Shown: positions 52,997-64,000 of the stretch, piece by piece
Numbering within the stretch: position 1 is the first letter of the stretch
Layout: the number at the start of each line of letters is the position of its first letter
Assembly: GCF_001194135.2 (NCBI RefSeq)
Contig: NC_068989.1
Span: 43,481,959 to 43,545,958, forward strand
DNA from: Octopus bimaculoides
Lineage: Eukaryota
Direction: 5' to 3'
DNA length: 64,000 nucleotides
Translations under genes and position numbers: made by a program
The notes under the pieces: model-generated
The model's input: only the letters and a program-made list of their open reading frames with translations
Database searches by the model: none
Told to the model about the DNA's origin: nothing

Positions 52997-53808
52997 ATAC
53001 GCACATACAGTATCAATACTAACAAATGCAAATTCCTGCATTCACATGGCTTCTTGGTTTGTATACTAAGTCCTCGGGGGCAGGGGTCTACCATCACAAA
53101 AAACACATTTGGAATCGAAGTAACCCTAGAAGAGTATCTATGCTACTTTAGTGCACCTACATGGAGCACTAATTCAAATAACCCCAAGCAAAATGCAAAC
53201 TAAGTATAAACAATGGAAGACAAGCAGTGAGAAAAATTAACATTTTTTGAATTAGTGTAAGACTGATATTGATCAAATTCATACCCCATTGAAGAAAGCT
53301 ATGAAACAGGAATAGTTTTCTCTTTTGGGCCTATTCAAGAAGAAAAAGCTTTTTATATCATGAGCCAACTAAATTTTTGTTTCAAACTTTTTCTTTGAAG
53401 CCAAATTAGAATTTTAAAAATGGTAAAAATTTCCATTTTCATTGAACAACAAATAGAAAAGTTATATTAATATTTTAGACAGGAAGGTGGCAAAAAAAAA
53501 AAGTTCATAAGTGAGGAGAAACAACATATAGGAAAAAAAAAAAAAATGGCCAGGATAACAAAAACCTGTGGATTCTTGTAAAAAGTTGGGAACATAATGG
53601 TAAAATTTTGACTCAATACGATCACAAAAAGTTTTAGACTGGAGAAATCACTAGAACTGAACAGTACTAAGGCTCCAGAATATTGGATGGAGTTTTTTTT
53701 AATTTTTACATGATAAATTGTATTTATGCAAATATAGAATTATTGATGGCATCTCCTCTCTCTCTCTCTCTCTGTATGTATGTATGTATGTATGTATGTG
53801 TATGTATG

Positions 53809-53847
<39 letters not shown>

Positions 53848-53971
53848 TGCCATCCCATTTCTTTCCTAAAAATGTGTATCTTTCAAAAAATTCACCAGGT
53901 GAGGAGTGACAGTTATGTAGTTATGCCATATTAACATTTTTGATTTCACTGAGTTTAAAAAAAAAAAAAAC

Positions 53972-55709
53972 GGTACTACTTAAGGAGAGTGGACCCGACA
54001 CTCGCACCTGCACTAGTCAGTAGATGGACTCACACACATGCACAAGTCAGTGGCACCCACGATGAAGAACACTCCACATGTAAATTATAAATGGGAGTGG
54101 GTGTTGTAGACTCCTATTATACTCTTAAATCTGCTTTTTGCATTTTTTCAGTAACATTCAACTGAGTTGGTATGTACTTTAAATACTGGATCCACAAAGT
54201 TTTCTTTCTGATTCACTTTGAAATGGGATTACTGTGGTTCAACATCCCATTGTATCCACTCCAACAATTAAAATGGATAGTTGCTCCTGGTTTTATACAC
54301 TTTCTGATAAGGGAAAGCAGACTTTCAGAAGAACGATCATTCACAAACACTAAAAGTACTATTTTGTCCTGTACTGTTTGTTTGCCTATCTATCTATCTA
54401 TTTATCTATCTCTCTCTATCTATCTAAGAAAGAAAGAAAGATAAACAGATACATAGATTAGACACAGACAGACAGACATATAGATTAGACAGACAAATAG
54501 ATAGATAGATACATTAGACAGACAGACAGACAGATACATTAGACAGACAGACAGACAGATACATTAGACAGACAGACAGACAGATACATTAGACAGACAG
54601 ACAGACAGATACATTAGACAGACAGACAGACAGATACATTAGACAGACAGACAGNNNNNNNNNNNNNNNNNNNNNNNNNNNNNNNNNNNNNNNNNNNNNN
54701 NNNNNNNNNNNNNNNNNNNNNNNNNNNNNNNNNNNNNNNNNNNNNNNNNNNNNNNNNNNNNNNNNNNNNNNNNNNNNNNNNNNNNNNNNNNNNNNNNNNN
54801 NNNNNNNNNNNNNNNNNNNNNNNNNNNNNNNNNNNNNNNNNNNNNNNNNNNNNNNNNNNNNNNNNNNNNNNNNNNNNNNNNNNNNNNNNNNNNNNNNNNN
54901 NNNNNNNNNNNNNNNNNNNNNNNNNNNNNNNNNNNNNNNNNNNNNNNNNNNNNNNNNNNNNNNNNNNNNNNNNNNNNNNNNNNNNNNNNNNNNNNNNNNN
55001 NNNNNNNNNNNNNNNNNNNNNNNNNNNNNNNNNNNNNNNNNNNNNNNNNNNNNNNNNNNNNNNNNNNNNNNNNNNNNNNNNNNNNNNNNNNNNNNNNNNN
55101 NNNNNNNNNNNNNNNNNNNNNNNNNNNNNNNNNNNNNNNNNNNNNNNNNNNNNNNNNNNNNNNNNNNNNNNNNNNNNNNNNNNNNNNNNNNNNNNNNNNN
55201 NNNNNNNNNNGATACATTAGACCGACAGATGAACAGATAGATTAGACAGACAGACAAATAGATAGATAGATAGATTAGACAGACAGACAGATACATTAGA
55301 CAGACAGACAGACACATTAGACAGACAGATAGATACATTAGACAGACAGATAGATACATTAGACAGACAGATAGATACATTAGACAGACAGATAGATAGA
55401 TACATTAGACAGACAGATAGATACATTAGACAGACAGATAGATACATTAGACAGACAGATAGATACATTAGACAGACAGATAGATACATTAGACAGACAG
55501 ATAGATACATTAGACCGACAGATAGATACATTAGACCGACAGATAGATACATTAGACCGACAGACAAACAGATCCCCTCCCCCCATTAACAGTTTACACA
55601 TTTATACATGTGGAGGCTTATTTTTTTTTACCGCGGTTGCCACGGACTTGCGCGTTCGTCTCCTGACTAGCGCGTGTGCGCGTCGGGTCCACTCTTCTTA
55701 AGCAGTACA
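53972..55709 (-). mobile_element. Merlin (IS1595/ISXO2-like) transposon relic
   Basis: About 120-bp imperfect TIRs starting GGTACT(A/G)CTTAAG.AGAGTGGACCCGAC. 8-bp TSD AAAAAAAC (53964-53971 and 55710-55717). Minus strand 54130-54375 reads DRSSESLLSLIRKCIKPGATIHFNCWSGYNG and, after a frameshift, HFKVNQKENFVDPVFKVHTNSVECY*, matching ISXO2/Merlin DDE motifs. Confidence 0.8.
54470..55565. repeat. Higher-order minisatellite ACATT(AGAC)n(AGAT)m, 21-25-bp units, spanning a gap inside the Merlin relic
   Basis: acattagacagacagacagacagat on the left, acattagacagacagatagat on the right, acattagaccgacagatagat at the far end. Confidence 0.95.
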
Positions 55710-56000
55710 AAAAAAACTTTCATTTTAAAAGCACGTGGAGAGAAGAAAAGAATCGAGGGAGAGAAATAACTTGTGTTGACCGATGGCGGGAATACAAGAC
55801 TGGTCGAGTCTCTCTTCGTGGCATCGGTTGGCATATTCGTCAACCAAAATTCTAGTTTGAGCACCCCATATAACCCCTCATAACATTTAACCGTTAGTTT
55901 TAGCACAACGCACGACCACCTGATACTCTCCATGTTTTCATTTACATGTATTGATCTTTTCAATATTTTTCTCCCCGTAAACACATTTAATGGAATGATG
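55710..56000 (-). promoter_or_regulatory. CpG-retaining region, putative promoter or first exon of the minus-strand gene
   Basis: First non-TE CpG-rich stretch after a long CpG-poor block. E-box CACGTG at 55732-55737, E2F-like TTCCCGCC (plus strand GGCGGGAA 55785-55792), and an ATG at 55834 opening MPTDATKRDSTSLVFPPSVNT with a weak donor GTTATT after 55771. Confidence 0.3.
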
Positions 56001-56090
56001 ATCCACTTAAGGGGGCATTTCTGAGATTTAAGCAAAAAATTCAGACTGTCCGTATTTTAAACTGATTTTTTTTTTAAATCGAAAAATAGT

Positions 56091-56602
56091 GGGAATTTTT
56101 AGGATTTATAGAGAGACATAAAAATTTAGGACTGAAGCAGTTTCGCACCTCTCCTTGAAAAATGCATTCTTTTTTATAAGTTTTTNNNNNNNNNNNNNNN
56201 NNNNNNNNNNNNNNNNNNNNNNNNNNNNNNNNNNNNNNNNNNNNNNNNNNNNNNNNNNNNNNNNNNNNNNNNNNNNNNNNNNNNNNNNNNNNNNNNNNNN
56301 NNNNNNNNNNNNNNNNNNNNNNNNNNNNNNNNNNNNNNNNNNNNNNNNNNNNNNNNNNNNNNNNNNNNNNNNNNNNNNNNNNNNNNNNNNNNNNNNNNNN
56401 NNNNNNNNNNNNNNNNNNNNNNNNNNNNNNNNNNNNNNNNNNNNNNNNNNNNNNNNNNNNNNNNNNNNNNNNNNNGTAATATCCGACAAAACGTAGGAAT
56501 CCGAAAAAAAAAAAGCTTTTTTAAATGCATTTTTCAAGGAGAGGTGAGAAACTGCATTAGCCCAAAAATGTTTTTAAAACTTTTTTAATTGTATGAATTC
56601 CC
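56091..56602. mobile_element. Foldback/MITE spanning a gap
   Basis: gcagtttcgcacctctccttgaaaaatgcatt versus aatgcatttttcaaggagaggtgagaaactgc; arms extend to gggaatt / aattccc. Confidence 0.65.
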
Positions 56603-58041
56603 ATGTATTAAGAAGTTATGAGGGGTTAAGATGAGGTGATAAACCAGGTTTCTGAATGCCACGATGTTAAGACATTTTCAATCTGCATGTCATATATTAT
56701 CAATAATTGAGTGAGATTATTTGTTTCATCGTCTTCCATTGATTATGATATTGAAAAGTTTGCTTTTTTTTTCACATATATGTAATGTTAAATTATACAA
56801 GTCATGTACACTCAGTTAATCGATTTAAAATATATTGGTAAAATATTTTTATTACTTTATAGTATTTAAATGAAATGTGACTTTTCCAGGGAAAAGCATG
56901 CATTTGTTTAAATTAAAAGAATTCAATTAGAAATAACATTAAAACATAAATTAATGAAAGATGCAGAAATGATTTCTAAAAGTTAATTGATAAGAGGCAA
57001 CGAGTAAGGGATATTTCCTCGTTTTCTTTTTATCACGATGCGGCCCGCCAAATTGACCCATTCTTGCCCACGTGTTTAAGCTCGTTTTGCAACGACGTGG
57101 TTTGGTGTTCCGTCTCATTGCGCGGCACCTTGGACAGGTGTCTTCTATTATCGCCTTAAACTTACTAATGCTTTGTGAATAAATTTGATAGACGAAAACT
57201 GCGAGGAAGCTTGTCGTAAATTATATATAACGTTGCTATTATGTTAATAGGTATTTATTTTTGTTTGCAATAGCCGGTTCTTTTGGTCAAACTATCGTGT
57301 CTCCAGTTGCTTCTGATGCCCAGATATCAATCGTCAAAGTGTACTACAACGGTTTTGTTATGTGTATGTCTGTGTTACCTCTCTAATCTCTCGACAACCG
57401 GTGTTGATTTGTTTACGTCCCTATAACTGGTTCGACAAAAACTAAACCCGTTCCAGCATGGCCACAGTCCAATAACAAAAATTATAAAGAATACAAATAT
57501 TGAGGGCTATTATTAATTTAACCATTGGTGCACATTGGGATTAGATACTGAGAGAAAACCGCTGTAACTTTTTTATTTTTTTCATTTTGGCGATGTTCGC
57601 TTTCGATAATGTGTTCTACATATCACGGTCATGCGATTCCCCCTATAAAATTTTTTGCCCCCCCCCNNNNNNNNNNNNNNNNNNNNNNNNNNNNNNNNNN
57701 NNNNNNNNNNNNNNNNNNNNNNNNNNNNNNNNNNNNNNNNNNNNNNNNNNNNNNNNNNNNNNNNNNNNNNNNNNNNNNNNNNNNNNNNNNNNNNNNNNNN
57801 NNNNNNNNNNNNNNNNNNNNNNNNNNNNNNNNNNNNNNNNNNNNNNNNNNNNNNNNNNNNNNNNNNNNNNNNNNNNNNNNNNNNNNNNNNNNNNNNNNNN
57901 NNNNNNNNNNNNNNNNNNNNNNNNNNNNNNNNNNNNNNNNNNNNNNNNNNNNNNNNNNNNNNNNNNNNNNNNNNNNNNNNNNNNNNNGCCCACCACGAAA
58001 CTTGATATGCTAGACTAGAAATAACAGCTAAACGCGGACAA

Positions 58042-58425
58042 TCCAAATGGTGGAGATGGAGTATATGTAATCTGGGTATACCCCCCACTTTTAAATTTTT
58101 TTTTTTTTTTTACGGAATCCTGTTTCAGATCATGGAGAAACCGATTCTGAAAAAAAATTTTCAAAATTTCGATTCTCCCCCACCCCACCCCGGTTTTTAT
58201 ATAGATCCACAGGGTAAACCTAACCCTAACACTAGTTTTGTGAGATTTGGCTGTTATTTCTAGCATGTAAATAGCCTGCTTGGTGGGGGAGGTTGAAATT
58301 TTTCAAAATTTTTTTTTTCAGAATCGGAATCTCCATAGCCTAAAACGTGGGATTCCGTAAAAAAAAATTAATAAATAAGAGGGGGAAAGGTTCAGAGTAC
58401 ATATAGTCCATCTGTACATATGGAG
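58042..58425. mobile_element. Foldback element with about 145-bp arms and a ctaaccctaac spacer
   Basis: ttttacggaatcc...gaaaccgattctgaaaaaaaattt pairs with aaattttttttttcagaatcggaatc...ggattccgtaaaa; outer agatgga.tatatgta.tctg arms also pair. Confidence 0.7.
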
Positions 58426-59231
58426 TTTTTACGTTTATAACTATTGAACTCCATTTCTATTGTTATTGAAAAATATGTACCATTAATTGCCAACGCAGAC
58501 CACTTTATTTCCTAATATCCTCTTGTTTCACGCAAGAAAGGCTCTGTTAAATACAAGAAGCAGCCAAATTTCCCTCAAATTAACACAAACAGTTAGAAAA
58601 AAAAAGACGAATGCATAGATTCTCGCTTTGCTGACCCGAGTTCGTTCTTAAAATGCTGACGGTAACAAAGTTTATGGTGAGACGTGTGGAAAGATTGAAA
58701 TACTCAACGAATAAATACTTCAGTAATTTAAAATGTCAACAAGTCAGGGAAATGTTATTAGAGTGACATCAGGTGTTTGAACCGTCTGTTTATGTGCCTC
58801 TACTAAGTAATAACAAGCGGCGTTTTTTGTTTTCTTTTTTTTATACTCCCACTTGAAGATAGAAAGATAGACACAGGATTAGCTTATCGAATCGGTATTA
58901 TTTGATTGTGAAAATTTATCATCGAATCTCTACGTAAACAGCAACCTCTGCTCCAAAGTTAATTCACTGTTGTTTAAAAAACAACATACCTCAGAATTTT
59001 TGTAGGCATTCGGGAGATTCCACACTTCACAGTCTAAAGTTATGAGGGTGCTAGTAATTAACTAAAGTTGTTCACCATTTTATAGTATTTTTTTTTTTTA
59101 TAAATACAAAAAACAACATACTTTAGAAATTTTAGAAACATTCGGGGATATCTGCACGTTGTTGCTGGTGTCCCTACCGTTTTGTACCGGCATTCGTTGT
59201 TTACATACAGATTCGAAAACTTTTCGGTTTT

Positions 59232-59267
<36 letters not shown>

Positions 59268-62200
59268 CCCTAACTCTTCGAAACTTAGTTTTAGAATGGC
59301 GGCAGCTGATGAAGGAAATGTTCTCTATGTGGCCTGTGTGTTTTCTGTACTTTGTTTATCATTTTGTCCACGTTTTTTTTTGCAACGATATACTCATTAT
59401 TTGTATTATATATAGGTACTACTAAAGCAGCGCGGACCCGAACACGTATTCATATGTTGAGAGCGTACAAACATCAAAAATGTGATGTATCTATACTTGT
59501 CTCTACATGTATTCTTATAACATACATTCGTGAATGTTTAGAACAAACATAAAAAGTAACAACGAACTTTTGTTTTCCTGTCATTAAATTATTCATAACT
59601 ATTACTTCCGTCTTTACATGCATTTATCGGATAAATATAAGGATACACATAGACATATATATATTTACACACATCGTAAGGATACTTACATATATGTGCC
59701 ATATACGTATGTATTAGGTTATGGACATGTATACAAGCTCTATGAAAAAAACTACGTGATATTGAATCTATAAGGTATGTCGTATATATAAATGTGTGTG
59801 TATAATGTAAAATGTCTACGACGGCAAGGATGAATGTAACTGATATAATAAATAGTTTTATCTCCCAAAAAATTGACAACCACTGTCTGAACAGCTGAGT
59901 GAGATGGGGTCTGTTTTAGTTCCAACCTAATTTCAGCGTAACCCACATAGGTTTATTTATTTTCTTAAAGACTATTTTCGTCCCAGAAGTTTCCGCTAGA
60001 AATAACAACAAAATCTCTCTTTAAGTCAAACCTTACCGTCTTTAACAAAAAAAAAAAAAAAAAAAAAAGTGGGGTGGTATATTGGACCATGTAATTTTTT
60101 TTTACGGTTAACAAGTTTGTATTCGTTAGTTACATAAATATTACGAAGAATAAAAGGAAAAAGAAACAAATAAAATAAGAATGACATTTTAGTAAAAAGA
60201 CGCAAAATGTCAGAAAGGAAAATGTAGAACTTACTTGAGGGTTATAAATTGGAGCATTATTATTGCTGGAAAAATCTCGGTATTGTTGGTTCCCTGTCTT
60301 CGACATGGTTTCACACGAATACAACCAAAATAATCCCACACTTTATATTGTGTTATTAATGTCAGGAGGACAACTTCGATACGAGTTGTTTTCTCTGTTA
60401 TATATAGGTATATATCGAATGATTAATAACAATGGTTTATAATACTAAATATTTTCCTGTTACAAAAATGTGAGGAAAAATTGAAATTCGGGTTTCTTAA
60501 TATATTAACAAGCAAAGTAAAAATTAATTAGTTGTATGGTTGTTAATCCTGAATAAGACGAACAAAACTGTTGAGTGTTAAAGTTAAATAAAATATAGGA
60601 AGTAAAAAAAAAAGGTACCAGACGTCTGGAGAATCAATGAAGAGTGAAAGGTAATAAAACTACATATCAACAGATATGGAACTAGAAATGAGTGTGTATG
60701 TAACGTTCATATGTCTATATGTGTGTATAGACACGTGGGTACTTTTGTCTATGTGTACAGGGAAAGAGATACAGGTTGACTGAGTATCAAAGGCAACATT
60801 AAGGTTAAACGTCTTTTATAGGGCCTTCCTCGCTTGTCATTACTTTCATTTTTACATGAGATGACATGTGTGTTGAAGGAAATGGTTAAATAACTATATT
60901 GATAAACAGGCTCGAATATTATGTTTTGCTATCATTTGGTTCTCCGTATATTTCATATCTATACATGATGTTGTACACTATTGAAAGAACGATATATAAA
61001 TCAAATAAAACTATGAGCTGTCCATCAAAATGTCGTCTGCAAAACTGTTGATGCATTTAACTATCTTGTGGTGAAGTGATTACTGCAGAGTTATCTGCTC
61101 TTGTTTCATTAACACACACACACACACACACATAGAAATTTCAAATGTGTTTATCCAAACAGCTCTTTCTTCCTCTCTTTCTATTTTGTCTTCCACTTTC
61201 ACTCCTGACATTCAAGTAGTTTCTGCGTAGTTCTGATAACCGTCGCCACAGAGTTACCTGCTCTTTATTTCAAAATATCACACGTGTCCACATTTCAGAC
61301 ATACTTTATTCTCTTTTCTCTCTCTCAATCTTATTGTTCCTCTCTCTCTCCTTACCTCTCATACTTTATTTTATCTATCTTTGTCATTCTTTCCTTTATT
61401 TCAATCTATCGCTCTCTCTTTCCTTGAACTATTTCTTGCGTATTTCTGAACTTCGCTTGCAAAACTATCTGCCCTTCATACCACTAACACATTCTTTCTA
61501 TCATTGTTTTACTCTTCATCACTAAGAAATTCATCTCTTCTTTCTTTTTTCTCCAGCTGTCTCTCTCTCTCTCTCTCTCTCCAAATTCCTGTATGTCAAC
61601 CTTCACCTTGGGGACACGTAATTTTATAGGAATATATGCTGCGATTGATTGTATCGACAAATGCCCTCCCCATAAAAATTATCTTCTAAATATAGGACTT
61701 CAATTTATATTACTATAATAATTATTCATATTATGTAACTCATACTTCGAAATTTTGCTACGTGTGTGACTTATTGAAAGTATGAAACGGGAAGGAAAAT
61801 AAAGTAATTCTTAATGTTTCATTCAGTTCAATCGAGGTAGAAAGAGGAAGAATTGGTTCACTCGTGGAGAGTAAGATTCTGGGAAGATAATGTTTATAGG
61901 GGACATGGGTCAATAGTGTATTTTGGTTGAGGAGTGGCTGTGATGAAAAGGGTTTTGGGATGGAGCTATTGTTAAAGAGATAGTTAGGTACAGGAGGGGG
62001 TTGGAGTGAGCGTTCTAAGAATTTAAAGTAGGCCATAAATTTACGAAATTGACTTGGTGGGGGTCGGCAAAAATAGCCTTGAACTTATTTCAATGCAAAG
62101 GAAATTCTCAAGTTTTCACCTCACTTTCCCGCACCTCCGCCAACACGTCACCCCTACAGATATATTCCTGTACACACACACATACCATATGTATGTGTGT

Positions 62201-63604
62201 TTGTATTTATTAGGAACAAGCGTGGCTTTGTGATGAAAAGCTTGCTTCCTACCCACATGGTTCCAGGTTCAGTCTCATTGAATGTTTTATGTACCTTTCA
62301 GTTCTTACACATTCTCTGTGATGCTGGTCGGTACCATAACATAGTTACAAGGTCATGTGGTTGTGTTCCATTCACCAGACAATTTAAGGACAGGAAACCT
62401 CGTGGGTTCCAACCAGGAACATACTGTTCATTCTCGATACATCCGTAAAGAATATTTTTAAACAATTGTGTGATTTTAAATAACAATAAAAATTATAAAC
62501 GCGAAATAACGATTACTCAGTATATCCCTTTTACTCTTTTACTTGTTTCAGTCATTTGACTGTGGCCATGCTGGAGCACCACTTCAGTAGAGCAAATCGA
62601 TCCCAGGACTTATACTTTGTAAGCCTAGTACTTATTCTATCGGTTCTCTTTTGCCGAACCGTTAAGTTACGGGGACGTAAACACACCACCATCGGTTGTC
62701 AAGCGATGCTGCGGGGACACACACACACACATACATACATATATATANNNNNNNNNNNNNNNNNNNNNNNNNNNNNNNNNNNNNNNNNNNNNNNNNNNNN
62801 NNNNNNNNNNNNNNNNNNNNNNNNNNNNNNNNNNNNNNNNNNNNNNNNNNNNNNNNNNNNNNNNNNNNNNNNNNNNNNNNNNNNNNNNNNNNNNNNNNNN
62901 NNNNNNNNNNNNNNNNNNNNNNNNNNNNNNNNNNNNNNNNNNNNNNNNNNNNNNNNNNNNNNNNNNNNNATACACATATACGACGGGCTTCTTTCAGTTT
63001 CCGTCTCCCAAATCTACTCACAAGGCTTTGTCGGCCCGAGGCTATAGTAGAAGACACTTGCCCAAAGTGCCACGCAGTGGGACTGAACCCAGAACCATGT
63101 GGTTGGTAAGCTACTTTATTTCATAAATATTTGCCATAAAGGCATTACAAAGAGGGGACGAACAAGGACAGACAAACATAAAAGGGATGAAATAGCTCAC
63201 ACATCATTCCTGCGCCTATTCACAAATATGTCAAGAAAATATGGCTATTAACTTAGTATTTAAATAAACCAAGAGTTTGTTGCTATTAAAAGGTTTAAGA
63301 ATATTTTCCGGATCTATTTCAAAACGGGGGCACCAGTATTTTCTTAACGAAACACATTGAAACTTTGGACACTGGTAGAATGTGTCATATAAAACATCTT
63401 TTACTCTTAGTCTTCTTAACAAAAAAACGTACATCGCAAGTTATTCCATGTTAAAGTTGTCGTATTTCTGTAATTTCAACCAATCACTGACGTCTATTCA
63501 GCTGAATAGAGTTACTGCTGTGCGGTCATAAAAATGTTATTCCCTGTGACATATTTCATCCGGTTTAATCGTAATTTATACGTATATATTATTTATATAA
63601 TAAA

Positions 63605-64000
63605 CTAGCAGAGATACCCGGCGTTGCCCGTGTGACATGCAATTGAAAAATGAGACTTTTCTGTTATATTTTCTGTAAGGAACTGGAATACATATGATTC
63701 GAATTTCATCAAAATTGCACATGAGGGTTCTTTCCCTCTTTACACACCCTAAAAATATTCTAATCATGAGACATGTATCCCATACTATTGATCTTTATGC
63801 GCATATTCCAAAATTTCAGTCTTCTGGAACCTGTAAAAAAGATTTTGCTTCTGCAAAATGGAGCTCATGGAGCTCTAAAATGTGGGAATGAAGGCCCCTA
63901 TTGGGGGTGGGGGTGTTAATGTCAACCAGAGAAGTTGAATTGTTGGGAATGTTTTTACTTGGGTCTTATAGTATGCCTGTATATATGTGAGAGTATAGTC
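63605..64000 (-). mobile_element. Helitron-like element 3' end
   Basis: Minus strand reads cgggcaacgccggg-tatctctg-CTAG|T ending at 63605. Confidence 0.6.

Noticed and set aside
59270-59415. ORF segment MAAADEGNVLYVAC and a CTGATGA hammerhead-like core
   Set aside because: Lies next to (TA)n and resembles a dispersed repeat tail. No stem II/GAAA/stem III arrangement can be built, and the peptide is low-information.

Overview
AT-rich, gap-riddled animal genomic scaffold. The SINE and MITE families and the (AC)n/(AT)n/(AG)n/(GAT)n load look like a cephalopod, probably Octopus; this is pattern recognition, not a search result. Only one host coding exon is convincing: a minus-strand terminal exon at 10951-11175 that the ORF track misses because it has no ATG. 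It encodes a small Cys/His-rich domain (CxC..CxxC..GRxRxxCxxHP..LMD..CPxC) resembling the uncharacterised Drosophila CG13380-type proteins. Its upstream exons are unresolved. Candidates lie at 46.6, 51.1 and 55.8 kb, and gaps could hide others. The rest is intron or intergenic DNA packed with transposon relics: mariner, Tc1, maT-like, a Mutator with a FLYWCH remnant nested in a SINE, a hAT with TIR and 8-bp TSD, a Merlin/IS1595-like element whose two TIRs differ sharply in CpG decay, Helitrons, TTAA MITEs, foldback elements (some with telomere-repeat cores), RTE and CR1/L2-type LINE fragments, and at least four tRNA- or RTE-related SINE families. I found no CRISPR array, rRNA or bona fide tRNA gene, and no evidence for a novel multi-gene system. 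Almost all listed ORFs are microsatellite, N-gap or repeat artefacts.
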